32,000 nucleotides of DNA, taken from assembly GCF_050235535.1 (NCBI RefSeq), contig NZ_CP189852.1, positions 5,056,278-5,088,277 on the forward strand, given 5' to 3'. Positions within the stretch are counted from its first letter, which is position 1, and each line of letters starts with the position of its first letter. The DNA is from Aliinostoc sp. HNIBRCY26. Its GTDB lineage: Bacteria; Cyanobacteriota; Cyanobacteriia; Cyanobacteriales; Nostocaceae. A model generated the notes under the pieces. The model was not told the DNA's origin. It made no database searches and was given only the letters and a program-made list of their open reading frames with translations. Positions 9,418 through 19,450 of this stretch are shown in pieces. A program made the translations under genes and the position numbers.

Positions 9418-11838
9418 ATGTCAGAATTGATTCAGGCAATACTGGATAGTGAAGAAAAAAGTGATTTACGTTGCTTTGTGAGTCAATTACGCCAAAAGGA
9501 ACAGAATTATTTACTGCGTAATGACATCTTGAATGAGTATAGAGAATACTGTAATAAATTCGACAAACCAGAGACGTTTTATACTTCTTCTCATTTGGGT
9601 AAATTAATTTACTATACCCAAGAGATTATTCAAGAAGATTCAAATTTTTGTTTTATTATTCGCGCCAAAATTGCGAGTCAAGAAGTGTATCGACTCACAG
9701 CAGACTTAGATGTAGAAGCAATGACGGTACAGGATTTATTAGATTTGCGCGATCGCTTCGTCAATAAGTTTCATCCCCAAGATGGTGATCTGCTAGAGTT
9801 AGACTTTGGCCCTTTTTACGACTACACTCCAGTCATCCGCGACCCGAAAAATATCGGTAAGGGTGTACAGTTCCTTAACCGCTACCTCTCCAGCAAACTA
9901 TTTCAAGATGCTAGACAATGGCTAGAAAGTCTATTTAACTTCCTACGTCTGCATCATTACAACGGTGTCCAACTATTAATCAACGATCGCATTCAATCAC
10001 AACAACAGCTCTCGCAGCAAGTTAAAAAAGCTATCAACTTTGTCAATGACCGACCCAACGATGAACCCTATGAACGTTTCCGTCTGGAATTGCAAACTAT
10101 GGGTTTTGAACCAGGTTGGGGTAACACAGCTTCCCGTGTGCGAGACACCTTAGATATTCTCGATGAATTAATCGACTCACCAGACCCCCATACCCTAGAA
10201 GCTTTCATCTCTCGCGTCCCGATGATTTTTAGAATCGTCCTAGTGTCAGCACACGGTTGGTTTGGACAGGAGGGGGTTTTAGGTCGTCCTGACACCGGTG
10301 GTCAGGTGGTGTATGTCCTCGACCAAGCCAAAAATTTAGAAAAGCAACTGCAAGAAGATGTCATACTCGCTGGGTTAGAGGGGTTAAATGTCCAGCCCAA
10401 AGTCATCATTCTGACGCGTCTGATTCCTAATAGTGATGGGACGCTTTGTAACCAACGCCTTGAAAAAGTCCACGGAACAGAAAACGCCTGGATTTTGCGC
10501 GTTCCTTTGCGGGAATTCAACCCCAACATGACGCAAAACTGGATTTCCCGATTTGAGTTTTGGCCTTATCTAGAAACCTTCGCCATTGATGCGGAACGGG
10601 AACTGTTAGCAGAATTCCAAGGTAGACCAGATTTAATTGTGGGTAACTATACCGATGGGAATTTAGTGGCGTTTTTGTTAGCGCGACGGATGAAAGTCAC
10701 CCAATGTAATATCGCCCATGCTTTAGAAAAATCCAAATACTTGTTTAGTAACTTGTATTGGCAAGATTTGGAAGATAAATATCATTTTTCCTTGCAATTT
10801 ACGGCTGATTTAATTGCAATGAATGCAGCTAACTTCATCATCAGCAGCACCTACCAAGAAATCGTCGGGACAGGAGATAGTATCGGACAGTACGAATCTT
10901 ACAAATGTTTCACCATGCCAGAGTTGTATCATGTGGTGAACGGGATTGAATTATTTAGTCCCAAATTTAATGTTGTACCCCCAGGGGTGAACGAAAACGC
11001 CTATTTTCCCTACACACGACAAGAAGATAGGGTAGAAAGCGATCGCGATCGCCTCGCCGAAATGCTATTTACTTTAGAAGACCCTAGCCAAATCTTCGGT
11101 AAACTCGATGACCCCCACAAGCGTCCGATTTTCTCAATGGCGCGTCTCGACCGCATTAAAAACCTGACCGGTTTAGCCGAATGCTTTGGACGTAGCAAAG
11201 AATTACAAGCACATTGCAACTTAATTTTAATTGCTGGTAAGTTGCGGGTAGAAGAATCAGACGACAATGAAGAACGGGATGAAATCGTCAAACTTTATCA
11301 TATTATTGACGAATATAATCTGCACGGCAAAATTCGCTGGCTAGGGGTGCGCCTCTCAAAAACTGACTCTGGAGAAGTGTATCGTGTCATTGCAGATCAT
11401 CAAGGAATCTTTGTCCAACCAGCATTATTTGAAGCGTTTGGTTTAACAATTCTGGAAGCAATGATTTCTGGACTACCAACTTTTGCGACTCAATTTGGGG
11501 GGCCATTAGAAATTATTCAAAATCAAGTCAATGGTTTTTATATTAACCCCACAAATTCAGAAGAAACAGCCGATAAAATTCTCGAATTCGTCATTAAATG
11601 TGAAGAGAATCCCCAATATTGGAATATAGTTTCTCAAAAAGCCATTGACAGAGTATACAGCACCTACACTTGGAAGATTCACACCACAAAGCTATTATCT
11701 CTAGCCAGAATTTATGGTTTCTGGAACTTTACCTCCAAAGAAAATCGTGAGGATTTGTTGCGCTACCTGGAGGCTTTATTCTATTTAATTTATAAACCAA
11801 GAGCGCAACAACTTTTAGCACAGCATCAATATCGATGA
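9418..11838 (+). CDS. susA: Sucrose synthase (GT4 family)
   Basis: 806-aa ORF. It is near-colinear with my memory of Anabaena SusA (MSELIQAILDSEEK..., GQEGVLGRPDTGGQVVYVLDQ, ...FYLIYKPRAQQLL) and has the same length class. Confidence 0.95.
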   Translation: MSELIQAILDSEEKSDLRCFVSQLRQKEQNYLLRNDILNEYREYCNKFDKPETFYTSSHLGKLIYYTQEIIQEDSNFCFIIRAKIASQEVYRLTADLDVEAMTVQDLLDLRDRFVNKFHPQDGDLLELDFGPFYDYTPVIRDPKNIGKGVQFLNRYLSSKLFQDARQWLESLFNFLRLHHYNGVQLLINDRIQSQQQLSQQVKKAINFVNDRPNDEPYERFRLELQTMGFEPGWGNTASRVRDTLDILDELIDSPDPHTLEAFISRVPMIFRIVLVSAHGWFGQEGVLGRPDTGGQVVYVLDQAKNLEKQLQEDVILAGLEGLNVQPKVIILTRLIPNSDGTLCNQRLEKVHGTENAWILRVPLREFNPNMTQNWISRFEFWPYLETFAIDAERELLAEFQGRPDLIVGNYTDGNLVAFLLARRMKVTQCNIAHALEKSKYLFSNLYWQDLEDKYHFSLQFTADLIAMNAANFIISSTYQEIVGTGDSIGQYESYKCFTMPELYHVVNGIELFSPKFNVVPPGVNENAYFPYTRQEDRVESDRDRLAEMLFTLEDPSQIFGKLDDPHKRPIFSMARLDRIKNLTGLAECFGRSKELQAHCNLILIAGKLRVEESDDNEERDEIVKLYHIIDEYNLHGKIRWLGVRLSKTDSGEVYRVIADHQGIFVQPALFEAFGLTILEAMISGLPTFATQFGGPLEIIQNQVNGFYINPTNSEETADKILEFVIKCEENPQYWNIVSQKAIDRVYSTYTWKIHTTKLLSLARIYGFWNFTSKENREDLLRYLEALFYLIYKPRAQQLLAQHQYR

Positions 11839-11848
11839 TAATTATTAA

Positions 11849-11877
11849 ATTAGTAATGGGTTATACCCATTACTAAT
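11849..11877. terminator. Bidirectional hairpin between convergent susA and the PG-binding gene
   Basis: Perfect 13-bp stem: ATTAGTAATGGGT (11849-11861), loop TAT, ACCCATTACTAAT (11865-11877). The right arm touches the stop codon of the minus-strand gene. Confidence 0.6.
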
Positions 11878-12479
11878 TATCTGGAATATGCAGTTAACGA
11901 ATACCAAGTTCTCGGCCCCACTACGCCATCTGCTTGCAGATTTCGCCGCACTTGAAAGGCTTTAACTGCACTTTCTGTAAACGCTCCATATACCCCATCA
12001 ATGGGAACACGATAGCCATTCGCTACCAATAATCTTTGTAAGACTCTAACAGCACTACCGGAATGACCAAAACGTAAATTTGGTACATTACGAACAGACC
12101 TAGAAGTGCGTCTAGCAATCAAAATTTTACTGGGTGTTTGTTGTGCAATAAGCACGGGTTGGCGTGGCGATTTGAGCCGCACAGCCTGAAAATTTTGAAA
12201 TTCATCTACACTGTAAACATCCTTTTTTACAGGTGTTTGTCTACTTGGTGTATGTGAATTTTCGGTGTTGAAAGCTAATTCAATACTTGGGGAACTGTCA
12301 CTTAGCAGCACGAATTCAGGCGGCGTGGTTTTTGCAGATGACACTAACTGATCTGACTCAATAGATGTAGCTTTTTTCACGCCATTGTCGAGCTGAATTA
12401 CAGGCTGCTTGGGTACAATCGACGGAGATGTTTGCTGTATTGCTAATACACCCGTCATCAGCAGGACAATATCATTCAT
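11877..12479 (-). CDS. Peptidoglycan-binding-domain protein
   Basis: The C-terminal ~60 aa match the PG_binding_1 pattern (GHSGSAVRVLQRLLVANGY...DGVYGAFTESAVKAFQ...LQADGVVGPRTW). The ORF track extends to 12629. I prefer the ATG at 12477-12479 (MNDIVLLMTGVLA...) because the upstream 50 codons are low-complexity and AT-rich. The start remains uncertain. Confidence 0.65.
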   Translation of the reverse strand: MNDIVLLMTGVLAIQQTSPSIVPKQPVIQLDNGVKKATSIESDQLVSSAKTTPPEFVLLSDSSPSIELAFNTENSHTPSRQTPVKKDVYSVDEFQNFQAVRLKSPRQPVLIAQQTPSKILIARRTSRSVRNVPNLRFGHSGSAVRVLQRLLVANGYRVPIDGVYGAFTESAVKAFQVRRNLQADGVVGPRTWYSLTAYSR

Positions 12480-13086
12480 GTTATTTGATATCACTATCAC
12501 CCATAATTCCTTTGACAGAAGAAAATCATCTATTCCGGAATAGTGATTACTGAAATTTCTGGAGTTAAATTTTGAGCAATTGCCAAAAATCAATAAATCA
12601 TCAATCAAGCATGAAACATTTTCATCCAATCAGTTTTGGATGTTCCAACTTTTAGATGTGGCAGTATTTAAATTGTGAACAGTGCTTTTTTTATCATGCA
12701 AATCACAACTTTAGTCATTTAATCAACTGTGAAATTACCTCAATGTAAAATTTTCTATATAGTCAACTTGATCAAGAATAATAAACTCTATATATAAAGG
12801 AAATTATTCCACCTTAAGCAGTATATATATATGTATATTTTTTGGTGAGAGTATAAAATATTTACTTTATAAATAGACTTTTATCTGCTGAATTCAAGCT
12901 AAAGTATTCTAACCAAATTTAGGGGTTTAAATTATAGGCTTCTATCAAGCCGCAAGTGTTGTAGCGGGACGTTAGCCACGCCAGTAGTCTGATGTACAAA
13001 AGCGATCGCAAATTGTAATCTCTGGAAAAACAGCGTAGAAATCCTTCGCGTTCTAGGCACAGAGGAGTTAGCATAGAACTTGTGCT

Positions 13087-15294
13087 TTGATGATCTCAGT
13101 ATCAATACCCACAGAGAACGCAGTTAGACAAGCGATCGCTATGCTTCAGTATCCCAATCTCGAACAAGCGTTAAAATATCACTTCGGTTATGATAACTTT
13201 CGTCCAGGACAACGGCAAATTATCCAAGACGCGCTGCAAAATCGGGACTTATTGATAGTGATGCCTACGGGTGGGGGAAAATCTTTGTGCTTTCAGTTAC
13301 CTGCACTGATGAAAACAGGACTGACTGTAGTGGTATCACCGTTAATTGCTTTGATGCAAGACCAAGTAGAAGCACTGCGAAATAATAATATCTCAGCTAC
13401 CTTCCTCAATAGTAGTTTGAACCCCTATCAAGTGCGATCGCGGGAAGATGCCATTGTCAATGGTAAGGTAAAATTACTCTACGTTGCCCCAGAAAAGCTG
13501 CTGAGTGAAAGATTTCTCCCTTTTCTGGATTTAGTTCATGAAAAGATTGGGATATCGATATTTGCAATCGATGAAGCACATTGTGTTTCGGAATGGGGAC
13601 ATGATTTTCGGCCAGAATATCGTCAGTTAAAGTTACTGCGGAAGCGTTACGCCAATGTTCCCATGCTTGCGCTGACGGCAACCGCCACAGATCGCGTCCG
13701 GTCTGATATCATTCAACAATTAGGCTTAAAACAACCCAGTATTCATCTTGCTAGTTTTAACCGGCAAAATTTATATTACGAAGTCCGCGCCAAAAGTAAA
13801 CAAGCTTACGCTGAATTATTAGAATTAATTCGTGACACGGAAGGCTCAGTCATTGTTTATTGTTTAACGCGTAAAAAGGTCGAAGAACTAACTTTTAAAC
13901 TGCAAAACGATAAGGTTTCCGTCTTACCTTATCATGCCGGCTTACCTGACGATGAACGGAGTAAAAATCAAACGCGATTTATTCGGGATGATGTGCGGGT
14001 GATGGTGGCGACTATCGCTTTTGGCATGGGAATTAATAAACCTGATGTGCGGTTAGTGGTGCATTTTGATATTCCCCGTAATTTAGAGAGTTACTATCAA
14101 GAATCAGGTAGGGCGGGAAGAGACGGCGAACCGTCGCGGTGTACAATCTTTTTCAGTTTTGCTGATATTAAAACCATTGAATGGAGTATTGACCAAAAAA
14201 CCGAACCCCAGGAACAATTGATTGCCAGACAACAACTCCGGCAGATGATCGACTATGCTGAAGGGACAGATTGTCGGCGGACAATTCAACTAGGTTATTT
14301 TGGCGAACGCTTTGCGGGTAATTGTGCTAACTGTGATAATTGTCGCCATCCCAAACCTTTAGAAGATTGGACAATTGAAGCCATGAAGTTTTTATCTTGT
14401 GTGGCGCGATGTAAAGAAAGATTTGGGATGTTACACATTATTGATGTGTTACGTGGGGCGAAAAAAGAGAAGATTATTCAATATGAGCATGATAAGCTTT
14501 CTACTTACGGTATAGGTAAAGATAGAACCGCAGATGAATGGCGAATTTTGGGGCGATCGCTTTTACATCAAGGTTTATTAGAACAAACTACCGATGGCTA
14601 TTCTGTACTGAAATTAAATGCGTTAAGTTGGGAAGTAATGCGCCGTCAACGCCAAGTTTTCTTATCTGTTCCTGTGGCGCAAAAAGTGCGGTTAGTCCCC
14701 GATAATCCCAAAGCTGAGATTGCAGAAGCATTATTACAGAGATTGCGATCGCTGCGTAAACAATTAGCCGATGAACAGTCTGTACCGCCTTATGTAGTCT
14801 TTCACGATTCTACTTTGAAATTAATGGCACAGGTACAGCCGAAAAACTTAGCGGAATTCGGTAAACTTTCTGGTGTAGGTAGTCATAAACTCGCCCAATA
14901 TGGGGAAAAGTTTCTCTCAGAAATTCGCGCCTATATTCAAGAACAAAATTCCACAGCTAAGACTGCTGAATATACACCCTCACTCAGCTTAGTTTCTGGG
15001 ACTGAATTACAGACATTACAGTTACATCAACAAGGCTTAAATATTGCTCAAATTGCTCAAAAACGCAATTTAAGCCCGACTACTATTGCTAGCCATTTAG
15101 AAAAACTCATCGAAAAAAATCAGCCAGTAGACTTAAATCAATTAGTCCCTTTGGAACATCAACAAAAAATTTGGCAAGTTTTAGAAGTGCTGGGTGATAT
15201 TCCCCTAACGCCAATTAAAGAACAGTTAGGCAATAGTTATACCTTTGATGAGATTCGCCTGGTGCGGGAAAAATGGCGACGACAACGTAAGTAG
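13087..15294 (+). CDS. recQ: ATP-dependent DNA helicase RecQ (helicase + Zn/RQC + HRDC + extra C-terminal HTH-like segment)
   Basis: Motifs present: FRPGQRQII, MPTGGGKSLCFQLPA, DEAHCVSEWGHDFRPEY, ATIAFGMGINKPDVR, YYQESGRAGRDG, Cys cluster CRR...CANCDNC, and HRDC-like LRKQLADEQSVPPYVVFHDSTL. The start is a TTG at 13087 or the ATG at 13090. Confidence 0.93.
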   Translation: MMISVSIPTENAVRQAIAMLQYPNLEQALKYHFGYDNFRPGQRQIIQDALQNRDLLIVMPTGGGKSLCFQLPALMKTGLTVVVSPLIALMQDQVEALRNNNISATFLNSSLNPYQVRSREDAIVNGKVKLLYVAPEKLLSERFLPFLDLVHEKIGISIFAIDEAHCVSEWGHDFRPEYRQLKLLRKRYANVPMLALTATATDRVRSDIIQQLGLKQPSIHLASFNRQNLYYEVRAKSKQAYAELLELIRDTEGSVIVYCLTRKKVEELTFKLQNDKVSVLPYHAGLPDDERSKNQTRFIRDDVRVMVATIAFGMGINKPDVRLVVHFDIPRNLESYYQESGRAGRDGEPSRCTIFFSFADIKTIEWSIDQKTEPQEQLIARQQLRQMIDYAEGTDCRRTIQLGYFGERFAGNCANCDNCRHPKPLEDWTIEAMKFLSCVARCKERFGMLHIIDVLRGAKKEKIIQYEHDKLSTYGIGKDRTADEWRILGRSLLHQGLLEQTTDGYSVLKLNALSWEVMRRQRQVFLSVPVAQKVRLVPDNPKAEIAEALLQRLRSLRKQLADEQSVPPYVVFHDSTLKLMAQVQPKNLAEFGKLSGVGSHKLAQYGEKFLSEIRAYIQEQNSTAKTAEYTPSLSLVSGTELQTLQLHQQGLNIAQIAQKRNLSPTTIASHLEKLIEKNQPVDLNQLVPLEHQQKIWQVLEVLGDIPLTPIKEQLGNSYTFDEIRLVREKWRRQRK

Positions 15295-15422
15295 TTTAAA
15301 GGGACTGGGGATTAATGTAGCGATCGCATCCATGAAAACTACTGTTGTAGAGAAGTTGTTTGTAGCTTTTTTTGGTGATTTGCGATTGTTAACTTTTGAG
15401 GTGCGATCGCTAGCTGCTATTC

Positions 15423-15602
15423 TTAAGAAGCTATGTCTACGTAACTGGGAATACTAGAAGCAGTATCTTGCGTTTCTGTGGCAGATTTTGATGTACTGGG
15501 CTTCTGATTTTTTGTAGCTAAAACTACAGACAGGAGCTTTGGCAACGTCAGACACACAACTGTATTTACTAGAGTCAAGAGGACACCATCAATTGAACTC
15601 AT
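15423..15602 (-). CDS. Possible 59-aa small hydrophobic protein (below the ORF-track cutoff)
   Basis: ATG at 15600-15602 is preceded by GAGGGG 7 nt upstream. The translation is MSSIDGVLLTLVNTVVCLTLPKLLSVVLATKNQ..., ending at TAA (15423-15425). I recognise no homology. Confidence 0.25.
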   Translation of the reverse strand: MSSIDGVLLTLVNTVVCLTLPKLLSVVLATKNQKPSTSKSATETQDTASSIPSYVDIAS

Positions 15603-15867
15603 AGATTTACCCCTCTTTACAAATTTTTCGTCTAATTCTTATCTTAGTGTGAATTGGCAGTTGCATCATTAATTACACATTTTGATTTTCTTCTGATATC
15701 TATAAGTTTCTTCTATATATATTTTTGTGAAGCGCACTTCCACATTCAAAGTTAGTAGTCAGGACTTTAGTCAGACAAAAAATCAGCCATTATTCTGAAC
15801 AAAGGATCAGGGAATCAAAAAACTGCCTTCATAAGCTAATCGTCATTCATTTTTCCAGACTGATTCG

Positions 15868-15890
15868 TTTGTAGTAAGGGCTTTAGCCCT
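15868..15890. repeat. Small dispersed hairpin repeat (TTTGTAGTAAGGGCTTTAGCCCT family)
   Basis: Copy at 15868-15890, with a degenerate copy near 15752-15772. The same family occurs at 26303-26376. It resembles the very small dispersed repeats reported for Nostoc genomes. Confidence 0.5.
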
Positions 15891-16065
15891 GGCTTTATGC
15901 AACTTAAATGCTGATTAGCTTACCATACTTATATATAGGAATCCGACTTGATTATTGAAATGATTTGCGTAAGAAGGGAACAGGGAACAGGTAAGAAGGA
16001 ACAAAAGTGTACGGAGTTTTTTTCAGAAATCAAATATGAGTCCTATAGCAGTGTGACATCTAATT

Positions 16066-19000
16066 TTACTCATCAATACGCTTGCTAATCGCCTGTACTA
16101 ATTCCTCAAATTCTCCCTCACTGTGAACGTCAGCAGTAAGGGTATTCATATCTTTAAGCGTGTTAGCTAGTCTTGGTAAGTATTGGCGAATTTCGTTGTA
16201 CGAGTCAATGTCATCTCTAAAACCTTCTAGGTAAGCAGCAGATACCTTTTTTAACTCATCATCAAATTTTTTAATTTTTTCTTCCCAATAGATGACATAC
16301 TGAAGTCGATCAATAGGGTCGTATATTTTTGCATCTGCTAATACAATTGGAAAAATGCGATCGCTAAACTTATGATTCTTAGCAATTTGCACCAGTTCAA
16401 ACATACAGTTGGGTGATTTCAAATATTTATCACTAATCACAGCAACTACACATTTACCACGCCCGATTTTTTCCATGAAGGCTTTAATCCGTTCTTTATA
16501 ACCTAAGTCTCGCTTATCTCTAATAATAGTGATACCTTTAGTTTGTAAAACTTCGTCTAAGTGATTAACATAGGTTCCACTTTCTCCACCCCAAGCATAG
16601 GAAATAAAGATTTCTTTCTCATATTCTTCTGATATCAGTTCAGGTATTTCCTTAAATATTTCTCGGTCGTTGCGTTGTCTTTCTACTCGTTGTGTAGGCG
16701 ATTCAATACCATCAAGTAATTCTTTGGGGTCGAAGGTTTCTGTTAAGCCTGGAGGAATATAGAATAAACCTTTTTCCTCATAAATTAGTAAGTTTTTGTA
16801 GTCTGCAATAATATTGGGATGCCCAGGTATGGGTACTTTCTCATCAGCTATTAAGCCTTTGATAGTTTTGTGAATTGCTTTAAATTCGGAACGAATTATT
16901 GCTAATAGTTCTCGTCTCGTGGATTTTTGACCACTAATAGAGATAAATATCTTTTGGTCTTCTCTGTCGCTTTTGACTAAGGCGCGGTTATTGCGATATT
17001 TCAACACAATTCCACTCCGCCACCAAGTTTGTCTATCTGCTAAGTGGTGCATCCTGACAATGAAGCGAGAAATAATACTGTTGGGAAGGACGTTGTAATG
17101 ATATTGGAAGGCTAAAACATTTTCCCATTCACCTGTGCTGGGTTCTGATTTGGGTAACAAATCAGGAATGAGGAAGCGATCATCACCTGTACCATTCTCT
17201 AACAGAAAGCAAAGTTCAAACTTTTTCATCATATCCACAATGAATAGTTGCTTGTTGCGGGGATAGCAAAGGTCATTGAGAATGCGGTTGAGTTGCTCTC
17301 GTCCTAAAATTCCCCGAAATTGTGTGAGTAAAAGATTATCATTGAGGATTTTGTAGACACCATTTGTTACCCATATGGGATTGAGGACGTTAGTATCTTC
17401 TAAGCGATCATCGTCACGAAAGTTGAGAACAATGCCAAGACGGTGCAATAATTCGATGAGTGTGGATTGATTGAGATCACCTGTAACCTGCTCTTTATGA
17501 CATAAATCTTGGTACTCTGTGTAAGAAATATAGTCTTTTTTCTTGTGTTTCATCGCTTCCAAGCGGGTTTTGACTTGAAACCAACTTAGGGGTAAAGGGT
17601 CATGAATATGTTCTATCTTTGCCAGTTCACGGGTGATAATTGACTGCAATTTTGGTATACCTCTTCCAGTGGCGCAGGAAACAGAGACAATATCTTTAAT
17701 GTTGTGGTATTTGTTGCGTAGTCCCTTTTGGTCGATGTCGAGGGATTGTTGATCAATTTTGTTGCCAACAATAATAATTGGCGAATCACCACCAAAGCTG
17801 TGAATAATTTTCAGCCAGTATTCTAGTTCGTTTTGTCGTTCATCTACACGCGCATCTAAGACTAATAAGTAGAGGCTGCGTTTGGTGAGAAAAAATTGGT
17901 GGGTGGCGTGCATGATTTCTTGTCCGCCAAAATCCCAGACATTGAGCCGGATAGGTTGATGATTAATAGTTACTTGCCAATTTTGGATGTTAATCCCTTC
18001 TGTTTTATTTTCGTGGGGGTCGAAAAGGTTATGAATCAGCCGTTTAACTAGAGAAGTTTTACCAACGCCACCTTGTCCTACCAGCAATACTTTAGCTTCG
18101 TTGAGGGGTTTTTCTTGTCCGGCTTGCAGAGAGAAATAATAGCTCAGAATCTTGGCTGGTTCGCCTAAATTGTCCCATGACTCGTCTAAGATTTCCGGCG
18201 GAATTTGCAACTGAGCATTGCCTTCACCGCGTAAATCTAGCTTTTCGAGTTTAGTTAGTTTCTGTATTTCTGACGGTAAATTGATCAAGTTATTATCTTC
18301 AAGAGCAAGAATTTGTAGATTTTTGAGTTGTCCAATTTCCGGTGGCAGACTCCTCAGTTGATTACTGCTGAGGTCGAGCGATTGCAGGTTGACCGATTGT
18401 CCAAATTCCGGTGGCAGACTGCTCAGTTGATTTCTTTCGAGGTTGAGCGATTGCAGGTTGACCAGTTGTCCAATTTCCGGTGGCAGACTGCTCAGTTGAT
18501 TACGACCGAGGGAGAGCGATTGCAGGTTGACCAGTTGTCCAATTTCCGGTGGCAGACTGCTCAGTTGATTTCTGCGGAGGTCGAGGGATTGCAGGTTGAC
18601 CAGTTGTCCAATTTCCGGTGGCAGACTCCTCAGTTGATTACTGCTGAGGTCGAGGGATTGCAGGTTGACCAGTTGTCCAATTTCCGGTGGCAGACTGCTC
18701 AGTTGATTTCTACGGAGGTCGAGGGATTGCAGGTTGACCAGTTGTCCAATTTCTGATGGCAGACTGCTCAGTTTATTAACACTGAGGGAGAGCGATTGCA
18801 GGTTGACCAGTTGTCCAATTTCTGATGGCAGACTGCTCAGTTGATTAATGCTGAGGGAGAGCGATTGCAGGTTGACCAGTTGTCCAAATTCCGATGGCAG
18901 ACTGCTCAGTCGATTCCCGTAGAGGTTGAGCGATCGCAGGTTGACCAGTTGTCCAAATTCCGGTGGCAAACTGTTCAGTTGATTACTTTGGAGATTGAGC

Positions 19001-19128
19001 GATCGCAGGTTGGTTAGTTGACCAATTTCCGATGGCAATGTTTTTAAGCCTTCGTAAGAAAGGTTTAATTTTGTCACATTGTCTTTGGCAGCTTTTGCGA
19101 TAACTTGCAGCAGTTCTTCGTTGGTCAT
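16066..19128 (-). CDS. LRR-Roc-COR-TIR protein (ROCO family GTPase with C-terminal TIR domain), paralogue 1
   Basis: 1020-aa ORF. aa 28-306 form 12 x 23-aa LRRs (LSSLPPEIGQLVNLQSLxLxxNQ). The Roc GTPase has G1 GQGGVGKT (351-358), G3 DFGGQ (399-403) and G4 NKID (456-459). A long COR-like region follows. aa 838-~935 are TIR-like (EIFISYAW..., DKYLKSPNCMFELVQI, Glu911), followed by an ~85-aa helical tail. Confidence 0.9.
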   Translation of the reverse strand: MTNEELLQVIAKAAKDNVTKLNLSYEGLKTLPSEIGQLTNLRSLNLQSNQLNSLPPEFGQLVNLRSLNLYGNRLSSLPSEFGQLVNLQSLSLSINQLSSLPSEIGQLVNLQSLSLSVNKLSSLPSEIGQLVNLQSLDLRRNQLSSLPPEIGQLVNLQSLDLSSNQLRSLPPEIGQLVNLQSLDLRRNQLSSLPPEIGQLVNLQSLSLGRNQLSSLPPEIGQLVNLQSLNLERNQLSSLPPEFGQSVNLQSLDLSSNQLRSLPPEIGQLKNLQILALEDNNLINLPSEIQKLTKLEKLDLRGEGNAQLQIPPEILDESWDNLGEPAKILSYYFSLQAGQEKPLNEAKVLLVGQGGVGKTSLVKRLIHNLFDPHENKTEGINIQNWQVTINHQPIRLNVWDFGGQEIMHATHQFFLTKRSLYLLVLDARVDERQNELEYWLKIIHSFGGDSPIIIVGNKIDQQSLDIDQKGLRNKYHNIKDIVSVSCATGRGIPKLQSIITRELAKIEHIHDPLPLSWFQVKTRLEAMKHKKKDYISYTEYQDLCHKEQVTGDLNQSTLIELLHRLGIVLNFRDDDRLEDTNVLNPIWVTNGVYKILNDNLLLTQFRGILGREQLNRILNDLCYPRNKQLFIVDMMKKFELCFLLENGTGDDRFLIPDLLPKSEPSTGEWENVLAFQYHYNVLPNSIISRFIVRMHHLADRQTWWRSGIVLKYRNNRALVKSDREDQKIFISISGQKSTRRELLAIIRSEFKAIHKTIKGLIADEKVPIPGHPNIIADYKNLLIYEEKGLFYIPPGLTETFDPKELLDGIESPTQRVERQRNDREIFKEIPELISEEYEKEIFISYAWGGESGTYVNHLDEVLQTKGITIIRDKRDLGYKERIKAFMEKIGRGKCVVAVISDKYLKSPNCMFELVQIAKNHKFSDRIFPIVLADAKIYDPIDRLQYVIYWEEKIKKFDDELKKVSAAYLEGFRDDIDSYNEIRQYLPRLANTLKDMNTLTADVHSEGEFEELVQAISKRIDE
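18211..19047 (-). repeat. 69-nt coding tandem repeat (12 LRR units) inside ROCO-TIR paralogue 1
   Basis: A 23-codon periodicity is visible in both the DNA and the protein. It also generates a stop-free antisense frame (ORF 18328..18756). Confidence 0.85.
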
Positions 19129-19173
19129 TTACATCGTTGAAATTGATTGTCTCACCTGTTTTTTCAATTCTGA
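19129..19173 (-). promoter_or_regulatory. Conserved 45-nt 5' leader shared by both ROCO-TIR genes, ending in ATG-TAA-ATG
   Basis: 42/45 nt are identical to 25493-25537. On the coding strand it reads TCAGAAYTGAAAAAAYAGGTGAGACAATCAATTTYAACGATGTAA followed by the main ATG. Confidence 0.4.
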
Positions 19174-19450
19174 CTTACGGATGTTGCAAACACCACAGTT
19201 ACATAAAGTACCGTCATTGTCTGCAAGAGAAACACGACAACTAGAACCGCGTACCTGATTCCGTAGAAGCGCAAACAGATTTGCTGCAATGGTAACACGA
19301 GGGTCACGTTGCTTTGAGCCGGAGTCAAAAGGCACTACGGAAAACCAGCTACAAAAATGAATTTAATTCAAAGGTATCAGCCATAGCAGCGATTAACAAG
19401 AAGTTTATGGAGTATAAAAGCTTTATTTTAACTGATAATGCTTGTTGATT

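Noticed and set aside
15245-15457. 70-aa ORF overlapping the recQ 3' end
   Set aside because: It overlaps recQ out of frame and has no motif or RBS. The opposite-strand 59-aa ORF (15423-15602), which has a GAGGGG site, is marginally more plausible and is listed with low confidence.
19129-19335. 68-aa ORF (GTG start) directly upstream of ROCO-TIR paralogue 1
   Set aside because: Only its last ~9 codons are conserved upstream of paralogue 2, where the frame is closed by a TAG. It is better treated as a conserved leader than as a protein gene. The somewhat higher G+C of 19190-19335 could be a gene remnant, but I cannot identify one.
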